A stretch of 64,000 bases of DNA from contig JAJCTO010000011.1 in the NCBI GenBank assembly GCA_046563655.1, positions 248,001 through 312,000 on the forward strand, in the 5' to 3' direction. This DNA is from Yuukianura sp. NJ FZ-2021 (Eukaryota). Below, piece after piece: positions 24,450-37,750 of this stretch. The notes beneath the pieces are model-generated. The model searched no databases. It saw nothing but the letters and a program-made list of their open reading frames with translations, and was not told where the DNA came from. The translations under genes and the position numbers were made by a program. Every line of letters starts with the position of its first letter. Position 1 is the first letter of the stretch.

Positions 24450-27400
24450 AAGTATTCAGCTAGGGTTTCGTGAACAAACCTGTAACTGCGCGAACCATCG
24501 ATCGTGGAACAAATCTCACATATACCCGTTCTGTTAATTTTTTCTATTTAAGAAGCATCGACATCTTTAACAATAATTTCACAATTATCTTTAAACATCG
24601 ATTCTTTCAAATACAACATAGCAGTCGCGGAATGGAGTTGATACGGGCCACGAGCACTATCTTCTGCACCATAATATTCTGTAGGGCTTTGTACATTTTT
24701 GTCTGAAATGTAAATGTCAATTTTTTTCTTCACAAATGCATCATACAGTGCCAATTTACTCTGAAACTTGTACAAATAAGTTTCACTGTCCTTTAGTTCA
24801 CCTTTGGATACATCTTCACAAAACTTTTCAAACCCATTACGCTGCACTTCCTCTAAAAAAACAAGCTGTAGTGGAATCCCGATAAACGAATCTTCCTTTC
24901 CTATAACTCCTTCAATGTTGTCTAAAACTTGATTTGCAAATGTTTCCAATGTTGTCTTATGATCCTTCCACTGTTGACAAAAAATTGAAAAACGACGCTC
25001 ATTTTGAAAATGCAAATTCCAACGTTTAAGAAGAAACTCAACTTGTTTGAATCTATCCAATGGAATAAACTTGTATGCAGTTGTACATAATGTTTCTTCC
25101 AAGGAATCTTTTGCATGAATTCGAGTGGCTACTAGGAACTTGAAGGATGGACATTGCCTCAATGTCTTCAACATTTCTAATACATTACTTTGCCCTTTGT
25201 TTGACAACTCATCAAAACTATCAATGAAAAATGCAATATTTTTACCCGTTCTGAAATTGTATTCGAATAATTGACGTAACAGGTCGGATTCGAATTTTAT
25301 TACATGTCGAAGGAAGAAATCACAAATCGAATCAAGAGAGTCCCAATTTTCACCCTTCCGTGTAAGGTCCTTTTCATAATGATTTAAATTTACAAGTACT
25401 GGCCAGTAGTATGATACTTCGGAAATTAAACGCCAATTTTCCTTGTATTTATAATACAGTTGTTCCAGAAATGCAGATTTTCCCATGCCTGGTTCATCTG
25501 CAAAAATAAGGCAATCACTTTCCAAATCAAAAACTTTAGCTTCAGCCATTTCTCCACCACATTTTAACAACCTTGGACAAGAGGTAAATGCCGAAGCCTG
25601 CCAAACAAATTTGCTGTCAATGAAACGAAACCACTGAGATGAAGAAACGGACGGATCAGCAGCACCCAATGTATTCAAAAATTCATTTTTTGTGGCATCA
25701 TTATGTAAGAGTGTTAAACGGAATTTATTAGACGAAGAAATGATAGATATAACATAAGGAACTTCGTCTTTGGAGCAACTGACAAACAAATGTAATCCCT
25801 TTAAGACTCCTGTCGGTGACTTTTGCAAACGATCTAGATCCAAATACACATTGTAAAATTGTCTCGAAATATAGCATGGCAGCGGCTTTTGGTTTTCCAC
25901 AACTTCAAGCGTATTTCCTGTGTAAGCATAAGCGATTAATTCTAACCAAACTCTTTCGTCTTGCTGAAACCTTTCAAAATGTTTCTTCTCACCACCAAAA
26001 ATGTCCTTGACCCCGACATTGGTGCCATATATATTTAGCCTGCAATTCCACAATACGTCTTTGGATTTTTCATCTAGCTCACTCCAAGTCCATTTTTGAC
26101 CTAAAGATTTTAACAGGAAGTTCCCATACTCGTAACAATTATTTGACGCAACGAATGAACATTGACACCAAGTCTCCGATACAAGTATCAACAACTTCAT
26201 GGAATTCTGCGCACTTTCTTGCATTTTTAAAAATAAATCAAGAACCGTGTCTGAGTTGGACTCTACTTCAACCACAACAACTTCGGTGTCCAACTCTGAA
26301 AATATTTTTTCTGGTTTAAGTGCCTCCTGCCAACGAATTATTGAAACCGTATCGCAAAACATAACTTTGGTTTTTCTAACTTTTTGTAAATCATGAGCAA
26401 TATAACCCATGCACAAAGAAATAGGAATACTTCCAGCCACAATATGCAAACAATGCACTTGTTTCGATATGTACAAACGGCTAGCTACATCTTTTCTAAT
26501 TTTTGGAATTTTTTGCAAATATTCCCGAGAAATTGACTTGACCAAGACTTGAATTCCAAAGTTCGTAAATATCCCTTGTAGCAGTTTTCCATCTCAAATA
26601 CTTGGTTGCTCAGCCAAAACAATTTTTAAGCCAGAAATTACTTCAAACAAAGAAATTGTTTCCGTTGGATTTCTAAATGACAATATTTTTCCTTCAATCC
26701 AAATTCCGTTGAGGATGTCACAAGTTATTTTACGCTTTTCCAATTTAGTACAAAATTGGAGTATTTTGTCACCATCTTTTGCTAAAAATTTGCTATTGTG
26801 TTGTATACCTTCTGGATGAACACAACGATTAATTTCTAAGAACTTTTCTAAGAAATTAATCTCTTGTTTTGTTAAAAAATTGATTCTGCATGAATCCATA
26901 CGCCCAACGTACCAGTTCTTTAGAAAAATCTCCTTCTCACCGCGCATGTGTTCACCGAAAAGACGTGTTTCGTACAATTCTTCTATCTTGAGGCTTTCCT
27001 CATTCAAGCTTTCAATAATTCCTTGTAAAGCGTGTGAAGATATAAATTGTGAACTTGGATTACTGATAATACTTAGCAATTGGATACGTTGAAGGTGATA
27101 CTTAGATGTGTTGACGATATTTGAATCAGCCAGCATCACACATATATCCAAAGAATCTAAAGTCCTTCTCCATCTTTCATGCTCATCTTCATTATATCGC
27201 TTAACGCGCTTGTAGTCCAGAATTTCTTTAAAGATTTCCTCACATCCTGGACTGTCAAATGCAATGCAGTGAAGGTGAAACGGAGTAATGTAATTGACAT
27301 TGCGAATTGATAATGGCATTAATGAGGATATGCGCTTTTGAAGTTTGTCCTGGATAGCTTTCCTCAAGAGTAAACCGGGGTAATCTGCGTACAATGTACA

Positions 27401-27857
27401 AATTTGAACCAAGTATCCTCCGAGAGAATGTCCAGTGATGGATGTGGAGACGCAACTTCTCCCGAAACGATGAAGTACTTCTTGAGTAAATAAAATGGCT
27501 GAAAATACTTGAGAGACTTCCTTGGAAAAAACGACGCCACGAATGTCAGCCATAAGATCTTTTCCCAAAGTTTTGAATCCATGATTTTTTTTCGTTCCTG
27601 AAACGGCAATGACAAGGTGCGTAGTTAGTGGACAATAAAATGCGGCTGCACGAAATCCATCGTCGCAAATTGCAGTGGCGATTCTCTTCCATTCGGTGGA
27701 AAATTCTGGAGTTGTCGAAGAGGCATCGAAGCTTTCGTACGCCAGTTGGGCAAGGTATGCCAAATCCAAAATATTTGGAAAAACATTTTCAATGTTGGTT
27801 GACGTAGCATCCTTGGGTAAAGTTGGTTCAAATTGGAACGATTGTTTCCTCTCGTCT
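24450..27857 (-). pseudogene. Class-3-lipase-like domain fused to a NACHT/STAND NTPase (NLR-like); two in-frame stops; truncated by the gap
   Basis: Lipase motifs LVIAVSGT, ITGHSLGG, AFDSPG; Walker A DEPGMGKS, Walker B FFIDSFDEL, ATR, GIPLQL. ORFs 26594..27769 and 24548..26545 are in one frame separated by a single TGA; reading through the TAA at 24548 gives ...YRFVHETLAEY. Splice acceptor TTTTTCTTGCAG near 27858; further 5' exons probable (GTAAG donors near 28394 and 28654). Confidence 0.8.
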
Positions 27858-30344
27858 CTGCAAGAAAAAGTAGCATCAGCGTTCTCGAAATACTTAATTG
27901 ATGGTCATGTTTAGTAATAACGATATCAACTTCATGGTTTCAAATTGTCTGTCTGTCCGGGTAATGGCGGGAATTAGTATGACGGAAATCGCTCAACCTC
28001 TCTTAGCCATTTTTACTAATAAATATTATGTTGCTCGAGGGTTTACTATTAAGGGTCAAATGGGTGGGTTAAAAGATCAAGAAACGACAATATGTATCTC
28101 TAGTAACAAAAAAAAACTTGAGCACATATCCATCGTTTGGAACTCAACGGGCTGTTTTCGAGACAAAGCTCAAGTTTTTTCTTTTTACCGTTTGCTACAG
28201 AGTATTTTATGGTTAACAATTCGCAGTCCTTTGCTATTGTAACGTCACTAACCTAACCTACTTAAGCGTACCGTCGAATAACTGTTTCTTGGGTTTGTTG
28301 TCGGAACATGAAACCCAGTTTATGCGCCTTCAATTTCAAGTTCACATTCTTAGCTTGCTTAAATTCATTGCAACTAGATTGTAAAGCTACTTACGGCTTT
28401 TTTCCTCGAAACCAATTCGATGCATTCCGGGACATTATTAAAGCAACGCTTGATATTCTGTAACAAATTTGTTTGTTAGATGTAATTTTTTCTTGTGTTT
28501 TAATGAAATAACTAAATGGCGAAGATCTTTCAAGACTAGTTAACAAATTACGTAATGAGTAACACAATAATTCAATAAAACTATGATTATTTGAGATTTT
28601 TCTTTCCATGAATTTAAATTACTTTTATGTAGCAATCAAGCACTCAAAACTTACCCGTCTAATATTTTCATGCATATTTTTGGTTCGAATATTTTTGGCT
28701 GTCAAGACAAATTGTATACAAAGAATAATTTAATGTGCAACACTATTGCTGGAATGACATAAACTGATTTACCAAGTACAAATATTGCACTATGTTTGTT
28801 AACTATACTTTCTTTGCAGAAATGGAACTGATTCTTTGAAAAGTTTTGCAAATTCTAAATTTCTAAAAGTTCAAGTAATGCAGAAATTAGAGCGGATTTG
28901 AAGGACAAATTGCAGTTACGCGCAACTTTCCACAATTTGAAGAGCGAATAGATAGCACAGCCATACGCAACATGGCAACAAGTAACTTTTTATAAAATTC
29001 TGTTAGAATGGTCTAGATGTATTAGTATTAAATTGGGTTATTTCATGCAAAGCTTTATCTTTAGCATTATTTTTGGTTGCACAACTAACTTCGACGGCGA
29101 TTATCAGAAAGCAGATTCCTGCAAATCACTCTTCATAGTCAACATTCCATTGTGCACAGAGGAGCACAAGAGCGGTAGAAATGAAAGGAAATGGAACATC
29201 GCAGGAAGATTTGAAATTAAACACGAAGTGTAAAACATTTTCGGAGTATTTTTGGAGTGGCGGTTTTCCAAAAAAGGCGGTTTTTACTTAGGTGCTCTTA
29301 TTTTTTCAGCTGTTATTGAGCGCGGCTTTTGCTGTATAGATGCCTATGCCATTGAACCGATTATCAAGGTCTAGCATGTATCGCATGTGATGGGTCGTGC
29401 TTGGATGTCAAAATGCCAAAAAAAAATTTACTTGAAGCGGATTTTTTTTTCAGATTTAATAAAGCGTATTTCAGTTTGCTTTAGAATTGACATATCTTTA
29501 TTTTTGAAGGTTTTATGCGGTCTTTGTTTTGTGAAAACCCTAAATATGTTTAAATATATCTAGTGGTCAATGAAGCGACACCAGAAACAATAAAAAAAAA
29601 GTTCATTATATAAATAAGAAAGCCAAAAAAAAATTCATTTTTGTGCTAGGCTTTGATCATTTCCTATCGAGTAAAAAGTATAGATTGTAAATTGTCAATT
29701 TTCGGATGCGTAAAATTGGCCAAAACTTGGGACGCTTACTTACAACTTTTGTATGAACTTTGCACGAATCCCATTAACTTTTCATAGAGTGAGGTGAATT
29801 TTGCAGACAAAAAAATCAAAAAAAAATCAGTTTTTGGAAACATGAAATACGGCATAACTTGTTAAGAAAAAACTTGTTAAGGGAAATTCGAATATTGGTT
29901 TCTCCCGGATGAACTTCAATTTCGGAAACTGGATTTTATGCGGAGTTACCAACAAATCCAATGCATAGTTCCGAGACAAAATGCTAAAAAAAGGTTTATA
30001 TCAAGAATACTGAATAGCGTATAACAAAATTACTTATTACCTTAGGGCGCAAGAACAATCAGTGACAGCACTTGTTTTCGGAAGTACTAGTTCATGAGTG
30101 AATATTGTCGCGTGTTTCTTTGAAACTTTGCGCTCCTTCCCATTGTACTGCTCCAAGAGTTTAAACGTTCTTCTGCGTTGAGCAGTCCGCGTGGTAGAAA
30201 AGATCTGTCAGAACTACGGATAAAAATGTTTGAAGGTTAAAATTTGTGAATAAAATTTATATTAAATTTATCTTAAAAAGAATAAAATTTAAAAATAGCC
30301 GATGAGTTTTAAATTAAATTAAAAAATTAAATTTAAAAATACTT

Positions 30345-32234
30345 ATGAGTTGACCTTAGATCTTTAGGAACGTTGAAGTAAGGTGATGCTGCGACAACTC
30401 CATCAGTTGAAAGAACTTGGGAAGCGATCACTTTTATGGTGAACTCCGCTTGTGTCATTTGCGGAAATCGAATCAATGAGATAACTTTTTCCTAAGCAGA
30501 TCTCAAATTTTTTGGTGTCGATAATGCCCGTTGTCGATTTACCTACGAATGGGCCCAGCTTTAAAATATACATTTTTGTTAGGTAGCTTCCATTTGAATT
30601 TTACCTAGATTTACAGATCCAGAAACATTTTCACAAAACATTACAAATTCTCTAACCTCATGACTATTTCAAATAGTTGAACTTTGTCGAAAACTTGCAA
30701 TGCATCTTCCTTTAATAATCGACACACAGACAATTTCGAAAACTGTTCCAATCCCACAATTTTTGAGGAATGCCTAAACGATAAAATATTAAACTCGGTT
30801 CTTTCGCCGAACAATTCAAAATTATAAAACATGCATGATTTAACCTAGGTTTTCACTGTTACTTAAAATATACATATAGAACATACTTGCAGATGTATTG
30901 CATTGTAGATTTCTCAAGTGCTCATTGTCGTACACTAAAGTCAATTGATTAATAAAGTCTATTGATTCAAGTTCGGGCCCGAAATGAAAACTTCGAACTG
31001 CAAACCTAAGTTCCAACTGTCTGAAGAGCAAGTTCGAACTTTAGAACCTTTTTTTTACATACAAGAAGCAAGGGGTTTTAAAAAAAATGGTGAGGGTGAT
31101 AAATTTCGCAATTCACATCCGAAGTGCATTTCCCCTTGTAATTAAATTCTTTTCAAAAACTAACGCCCGATAAGAACTTACCGTGCTGCCCTCGTGCACA
31201 GTGCAAAAATACAATGTCGCCACCTTGAAAACGAAAAAACATTGTTTTTCAGTTGCTCCTAGCAACAAAGTATGTCGCCTCCACTGTACTTTTGCACCGT
31301 GCACGAGGGTAGCACTGTAAGTCCGTATTGGGCGTAACTTAAAACAGTAGGTTTAAAGTGAACTAAAACTACTTCATGTAGCAGTATGCCTCCGTTTTTG
31401 TGGAAATACCTGCATTGTTGAATATTTGCCAATATTGACGTGTGAGTTCAACTCTTTTGGCTAAAGTTCGAACTTCGAACCTAGGAAAACAGAAAGGTTC
31501 GAGTTCGGAAGTTCGAACTCTAAGGCTCGAATTTGAAGCACTTAAAGCTTACTCAAAGAAATGAAGAACCGATTGGTCTGAAAGTTTCTGTTCAAGTATT
31601 TCTGCAAAATGCTTTCCAAAATCTAGGATTTGGTCAGCCCGCAGCGTTCCTACGTAGCAATCATTGTTGACGGTAATTTTTTGAAAATTGACGTCACTCG
31701 TCGAAAAAAACGAAATAGAAACCAAACACTCTTGGCCGGCGACACCTATCACAATATTATAACACCTTGGGATTTGGTACGTTTTCCCCACTCGAAGTAG
31801 CGGCAGCGCAAATTCAACCTTGTCCAGTTTCTTATCAGTGTAAAGGAACTGAAGCAAGAAAATCATTTAAGTATATTTTTACTAGCTTTTGGACTGAGTT
31901 TTTAGTGCTACTTAACGCAGGTTAGGTTAGGTTAGGTACAAATTTAAGTTAAAGTAAGGTTAAGTAAAACTTACTTTCACAAACAGGATGACATCTTCGT
32001 TCGTTATCTCAGGGAATTCCATCGTCTGTACGAACATATCTTTGTCTGGAACCCCGTCTTCACTCCCTTGCGTTGCGATAAACATCTTACGGAGATCCTA
32101 TCCTGTGATGAGAAACAGCTTCTGAACCGGTACTGAAGTTTTATCTTTTCCCGCCAAAATTGTAAGGTGACAACAACTTCGTCATCCGTCGCTTGCCTAC
32201 TGTTATTCGAAGGATCCGCTGTTGTTCCTGCCAT
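30345..32234 (-). pseudogene. BTB/POZ-BACK domain gene remnant (BTBD1/2/3/6-like)
   Basis: Fragments LLQFLYTD...LPLLRVGKTYQIP and KVISLIRFPQMTQAEF, with stops, frameshifts, introns and MITE insertion; boundaries approximate. Confidence 0.62.
31164..31334. mobile_element. PIF/Harbinger (Tourist-like) MITE, 171 bp
   Basis: About 55-bp imperfect TIRs (CGCCCGATAAGAACTTACCGTGCTGCCCTCGTGCAC... / ...GTGCACGAGGGTAGCACTGTAAGTCCGTATTGGGCG) flanked by TAA on both sides. Confidence 0.75.
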
Positions 32235-32683
32235 GACTAGCTGAAAGTGATTGTAGAATCTAGCCTATGCAGTACAAAACTATTTTTAAGAAAAACTAAT
32301 TCGTTTACTTTTTCTAACTTTTAATCATTTAGGATTATTATATTCTTTTTATCTTAATTAAAGTTTTACTTGAAAATAAATTTGAATCCAAACTCCAACC
32401 ATCTATACCTTTAAAAGGATTTTCCAAATTCTTCCTTTGGCGAATCCCTCTGCTTGTTTGTAACCTAACCTGATCTTTTTGTACAGTTATTAATAGAATC
32501 CAAATGAAAAGTTTGTTGGTTAAAAAATAAGTCGCGTGCGATTACTAAGCGACTATACATCCAATTTTTTGTATGTTTTGTAAATTCATTCTTGCCCCGT
32601 TAACATCATTCCTCATCATCATGTGATAAAACAGTTAGCCAGTGTGTTTAAAACAGCAATATAGTAGGAACGAAAACTGTCTT

Positions 32684-33255
32684 CCCAGCCAGAAATCGGA
32701 AGTTAAAACAACGTTTTATTTGTGTTACCAAGTAACGTTGCGCTAATGTGATTTGTGGCCGCGCTTTCCACGTGAAATTAATGTTGAGAGTGTGAGAAAA
32801 CATAACGTTGCATTTTGGTAGCGAAAGTGAAAAAAAAGAACACCCAGGTGGAGGTTCGTACCCTCTCCTTATCTCCCTCCTCTTTCTCTTACTCCTACTC
32901 CCTGCACCACCTCTCCAAACTCACATTCTTGGATTCTCCTAATCTGTTTCTCATAATCATGCTGCTGCAACTGTATTGTGGGAGCGACGTGAAAAAGGAG
33001 TGAAATTAACGTTGCGACTCCGAAACGTTAAAATCACGTTATATATCTGTTATTTTCTTATTCTCGCTAACAGTTGTAAACTGCTGCGTTATAAACTCGT
33101 CCTAAACACGGATAGTATCAACGTGATTTTCACTTACTAATCCAAGGTTGAAAAAATGTTGTAAATACAAAGTTCCCTAACAATTTACAACATCACACAT
33201 TTTTCACATTGCCAATGTTAAATAAACGTGAATTTAAATTTCGTTTCTGGTTGGG
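32684..33255. mobile_element. Second CCC...GGG non-autonomous TIR element with 2-bp TSD (CACTA/EnSpm-like), 572 bp
   Basis: CCCAGCCAGAAA / TTTCTGGTTGGG termini, TT on both flanks, repeated AACGT(T/G) motifs inside. Confidence 0.65.
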
Positions 33256-33789
33256 TTTCTTGAACAGGTTGTTGTGCTATAAATATATAAATATACGTAA
33301 TAAGTTATGTGGTATAAATAAATATCTTCTTTCTTAAACCCCGCTGCTAACACTTTTTCGAGTCCGTATACCGCCATTGCCATTGGATTACATAAAAAGG
33401 AACTGTGAAGCTTTTCTTGCTAATTTTTAGCAAAATTTACTTACTTTGATCTCGCGTTTAGGATCGCATAACATGTTAAAGAAAACACTATTTTCCTGTT
33501 TATCAACCTTATATATGTTCGTCTTCGCACAGATCCTCCCAACGAGAAATGTACAAAAAAAAAAGAAACCTACCCATGAATTGTTGATTTTCTGATTCAA
33601 GTACAAACTTCCAGATTTTTTGGAATTTTGTAAAATAATTATATAATGGTCCTAGAAATACGTTTTGAAAATTTATATAAAGTGATTACGAGGTTTCCCG
33701 TGGAATATAAACAGAGAAATTCCGATTTTTGAACCTAAACAATGACTTTGCGCATCATTTTACCGTAGATTACAGTTAATAAAATGTAC

Positions 33790-36266
33790 TCAAAGTCCTG
33801 CAGAATTCCGATGCAACCGTGCATTGTCACGAGACCGCGCTGGTTGACGGCTTCTTCGGTTCTTCTTTTCTTTGGCTTTGTTCTGCTGATAGAATTCTGA
33901 TGTCCTTTGTTGTGCGTCCTCCACCATTTTCCGAAGTTTACTAATTTCCTCCACTACGTCCGGTTGTGGCTTGGACAATGATATAAGGTCAAGCGCACCC
34001 ATGACAGCGCCAAATGTCAAAGGATGTTCCTTGGGCCACCTAAAGCGAGCTTTGGTTCTACCAAGTTCCTGAAAATTAATATCAACATAGAGTTAATGAA
34101 CATTCACAAAAGTAATAAATTAAATTTTTCTCCAATTTCCAACTTTGAAACCGTTGTGGTCCAGTTTCATCGCCTCCAGCCACAGTTTCACCGCCCTGTC
34201 AGTAGATCCTGTGAGGAATTCGATGGACGCTTCGTAAAAACAGAATGCACCGAGCTGAGTCTTTGTCCATTGATGGCCCTCTGTGTGAACGTCTTTCAGA
34301 AATTCTTTTATTTTGACCTCATTTTTCTCGTAATCCCTCAGGAGAGCTTGAAGGAGGTCCATCCAAGCTGGAAAACTGCGTGGTTCCAAGCGAATTGCCT
34401 CTTAAAAATGGTAAATTGCAGTTTCCATGCCTTTATTCTGAAATATTTTGGAGTTAACTTGTTGAATGGGTTAGACTAGACAAATTTAGTTACAGTAGAA
34501 CCCCTCGTTGCGCAGCTTTCCTAAGAGTAGTATTCCGCAAAGCTTAAGTTTAAGTATTGAATTAATATGGAAATTAGAGTTTTAAACAGAATAAACCGAA
34601 ACAATTTGAGTAGTACAATGGCTTTGACGTTTTCTCCTCAGCATGTAGCGAAATGAAAGGTTTTACTGTACTAGGAATACCACTAGTACTTGTATTTTCA
34701 GTTTTACAGCATTAACGATGACGGCTCCCATTTTGTGGTGGCCCTTCGTATTGTCAGGGTACTTGTTATTGGCAGTAGAGATAAAATCAGTAGCCATCAC
34801 GTAGTCGCGCTTGTCAACTGGAAGAATTAATTCCAAAATTTCTCCAAACCGAATGTACTCGGTAAATCCACAATTTTCGGAGAATAACGCATTCCTATAA
34901 ACATCATTTCAAAAAAGGAGTATGAAAATGTGTTTTTGTATTTCACACAAAAAAAAAGCATTTACATTGCAGATGTTTTGATGTGCTCCACCATTTTGGC
35001 AACATCGGCATATGTTTTGTCCAATGTTACTGCTTCGTATTGGTTTTTGGTAGACTGGAAAGCCACAATTTCCGCAAGACACTGACACAAATTGGCATTG
35101 CATCTGAGGCTGCTTCTGGATTGGTCACTGCGGACGTGCTTGAGTGCTTCGGACACTATTTGCATCTCCTCTATGGATGGCAACGACATTGAGGCAGCAT
35201 CGTCGCCATAACTTCTTCTCATGAAACGCAATCTGTTGTACAGTAGGTTATACCAGTACCAATTCGTTCGATCCAACTCAATAATCTAAACAAAAATTGC
35301 ATTAGAGAGGTTTAGCAGTTTGCAATCGGAAATGTAGATATAGATAACATAGTGGACGGGACTTTAGGATTTGCATTCAAATTTTCTTTTCGTCGGAAAC
35401 TCGTCTCAGTTTTCCAGGTCAAATGTAAATAGGGTTAGAATTTTTCAGAAAAATAAGAAACTCGCGAAAAGTTGAGATTGACTTGAGATTAACCGTTAAT
35501 AACAAAAAAAGATACCCGCACTACATATTGTAGAGATCTTAGTTTTAGGTGAAGCCAGATTTCGAAATAAAAACAACTTGCTAACATTTTCTAATGCTCT
35601 ACTCTAGAGACAATAGCATTGAATATAGCCATATTCAGTATACAAGACTTATTACTCATCATTTCTATTAAATTTCTGAAATTTGCCTGTTCTTCTTATC
35701 TCTCTCATAATTTGAAGTCCTTCTTCACGACGACGTCGAACCTGCGTTAGATTAAGTATCCATCGAGCTAAAACAACGACAGATTTGCTCCGACTTCCCA
35801 AGTCACTGTACTCTGCGTTCAAATCCAACTCAGTCGGTGGTGGATGGCGTACTTTGATGCCACTCTCAAATTTTTCGTATCCATCGACGTTTTGGAAAGC
35901 CAGTTTGAAGTGGAGTTTGACCAACTCATGCATGTAGTCGAATCCAGGAAGGTAGTTCTGGTCACACTTCGTTGAATTAAGAAGCATCATAATGTCTTCA
36001 ACTTCATCCAGTGTCTTTTTCGCCTTTTCCAGATCACCAACACCTATTTCCAGAAAAAGTTGAACAAACGAAGCCAATGACGACTGGATACTTTTCATTC
36101 TATTGGAGAAGTCCGTATCCTCGTTGTCTTCCAAGCTAATAGTTGGATTCTTCAGATAAGTTATTTGCGTCATTTTTTCTTCAAATGTATCGGGAAATAC
36201 TGTTGCAGTATCATTTCCGTATAGCAAGTAGTGCTTGCAAGAAGCCAGATCTTCTATCGTTTCCAT
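33790..36266 (-). CDS. Multi-exon gene for an all-helical (possibly TPR-like) protein; probably damaged in later exons
   Basis: Exon 1 ORF 35652..36266 (ATG, ends at a GTAAT donor); exons near 34962-35286, 34680-34895, 34120-34440 and 33790-34068 have AG/GT borders and helical composition. The product is not recognised with certainty. Confidence 0.5.
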
Positions 36267-37480
36267 ATTTGTTTATCAGTTTCAAAATTTGAAAAGTTAA
36301 TTCAAGTTTAACGTTAATAAGTTGCAATTGAAATCATGCAATTTGGCCCAAAATTGGCAGAAAAGCACTTTCAGTTTGTCGGATTTTGAAATGAACAATA
36401 AAAAATTGGATGTACACTTAAAATACACAGAAACTACAGAAGTGTAAAATAAAAATGGACTTGGTTAAAGGGATTAGTCATAGTAATGGTTTTAGAATCT
36501 TGTGAGAGTCCCTTCGTTGGATTGGTTTTAGAATAGAAACTTTCATGAGAGTGCAGCTTATCTTTCCACTTTACCAAAAGATGCAGTCAGCAAGTTGAAA
36601 GGTCGTGGAAGTTGAAATATTTCATTTCAAGCAATTGGAATGATTTCTCTGTGAGAAATTGATGACGCAGACATTAAAACTGTAATATCGATTCTCAAAT
36701 CCACCCACGTTCCAATTTCAGAAAACCGCCACCGAATGCAATTTAAACATCCTCTTAAAAACCATGCTTTTAGTTATTTCTACAGTTTAGCATGACCTAC
36801 CTCACGCATAACTGTTGCCTTTGACACGAGAAATTACAACTCATCTGTAAAGCTTTTAAAATCAATTAAGGATTACTACTGTGAATGTGCAACAATCCAC
36901 TCTCTTTAACAAAATTTCATTCTAACAAGTTGAAATTGTGGTTGAAGGTCTCATAAGGGTCCCTTAAGTCTACCTTTGTGACCTCTTTTTAAAACTGTCT
37001 GTTGATCCGGTTGAAGTCAGAAATGCTCCGCCACACGTCCATGTCCTCACCCGATCAAATTTTGGCGCCCATAATTGTATCCACCAATTAGCATCAATAC
37101 GTCCACCTAGCGGCAATAGAATAACCTCTGAATCCAAGCTGGCTTACTTTTTTTTATTAAGTAAATCCTGTTGCATTTAATCGCGTTAAAGGCGCGGGAA
37201 AATACTTTCACTTTCTCCAAAGTTCCTCACCTTCGGGGAGCATGGCTTTTCAATGTCAGATGCTGGCGAAGTATCGGCTGTCAAGTTTTGCCTTCAATTG
37301 GACTTGGAAGCAGTCACTAAAGAGCAAAATTCTCTCACTTTAGAAAAATATTCTCAAGGCCGTGACAAACGCTGTGCTTAGATGTTCCACAAAATATTAA
37401 GAATTTTTAATAAATTTAATAATATTTAATAAATTTAATAAATTTAATAATTTGAAATATAGTTGAAAAATGTTGCTAAT

Positions 37481-37750
37481 TCATAATCCAAAGAGGAAAT
37501 ACAAGCCATTGTACACATGAATCCCCACTTCCCTTGAAAGTCCCGCGTTTATCGCCGCACTTTCGAAGTATGGCAGCATTAAATTGGCGGTTGCTACCTC
37601 CACTTCACCAAACATGGCCACGACTTGCGCCAGTACACGACTAGCCTGCGCCGTCGACACTCCGTAGGCACTCAATGGACCGGAGGCGCCATTTACACCG
37701 GCCATAGCAGTTTTCAATATCAGCTTCACTTTCCCCATACCCCAAAATCC
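37481..37750 (-). CDS. Last exon of a small Ala/Gly-rich hydrophobic protein of unknown function
   Basis: GC-richer 85-codon ORF preceded by acceptor TTTCTTTAG near 37751; candidate donor GTAAG near 37976. Confidence 0.45.
   Translation of the reverse strand, partial: GFWGMGKVKLILKTAMAGVNGASGPLSAYGVSTAQASRVLAQVVAMFGEVEVATANLMLPYFESAAINAGLSREVGIHVYNGLYFLFGL

Noticed and set aside
24349..24450. Satellite directly truncating the NACHT gene
   Set aside because: The junction is a 100-N scaffold gap, so adjacency and distance are unproven.
30961..31542. Possible larger MITE with GTTCGAAC subterminal repeats enclosing the Harbinger MITE
   Set aside because: Inverted similarity is visible, but termini and TSD could not be fixed.
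31918..31940. (TTAGG)n runs here and near 28250 and 41467 as interstitial telomeres
   Set aside because: Only 2-3 units each; too short to be meaningful.
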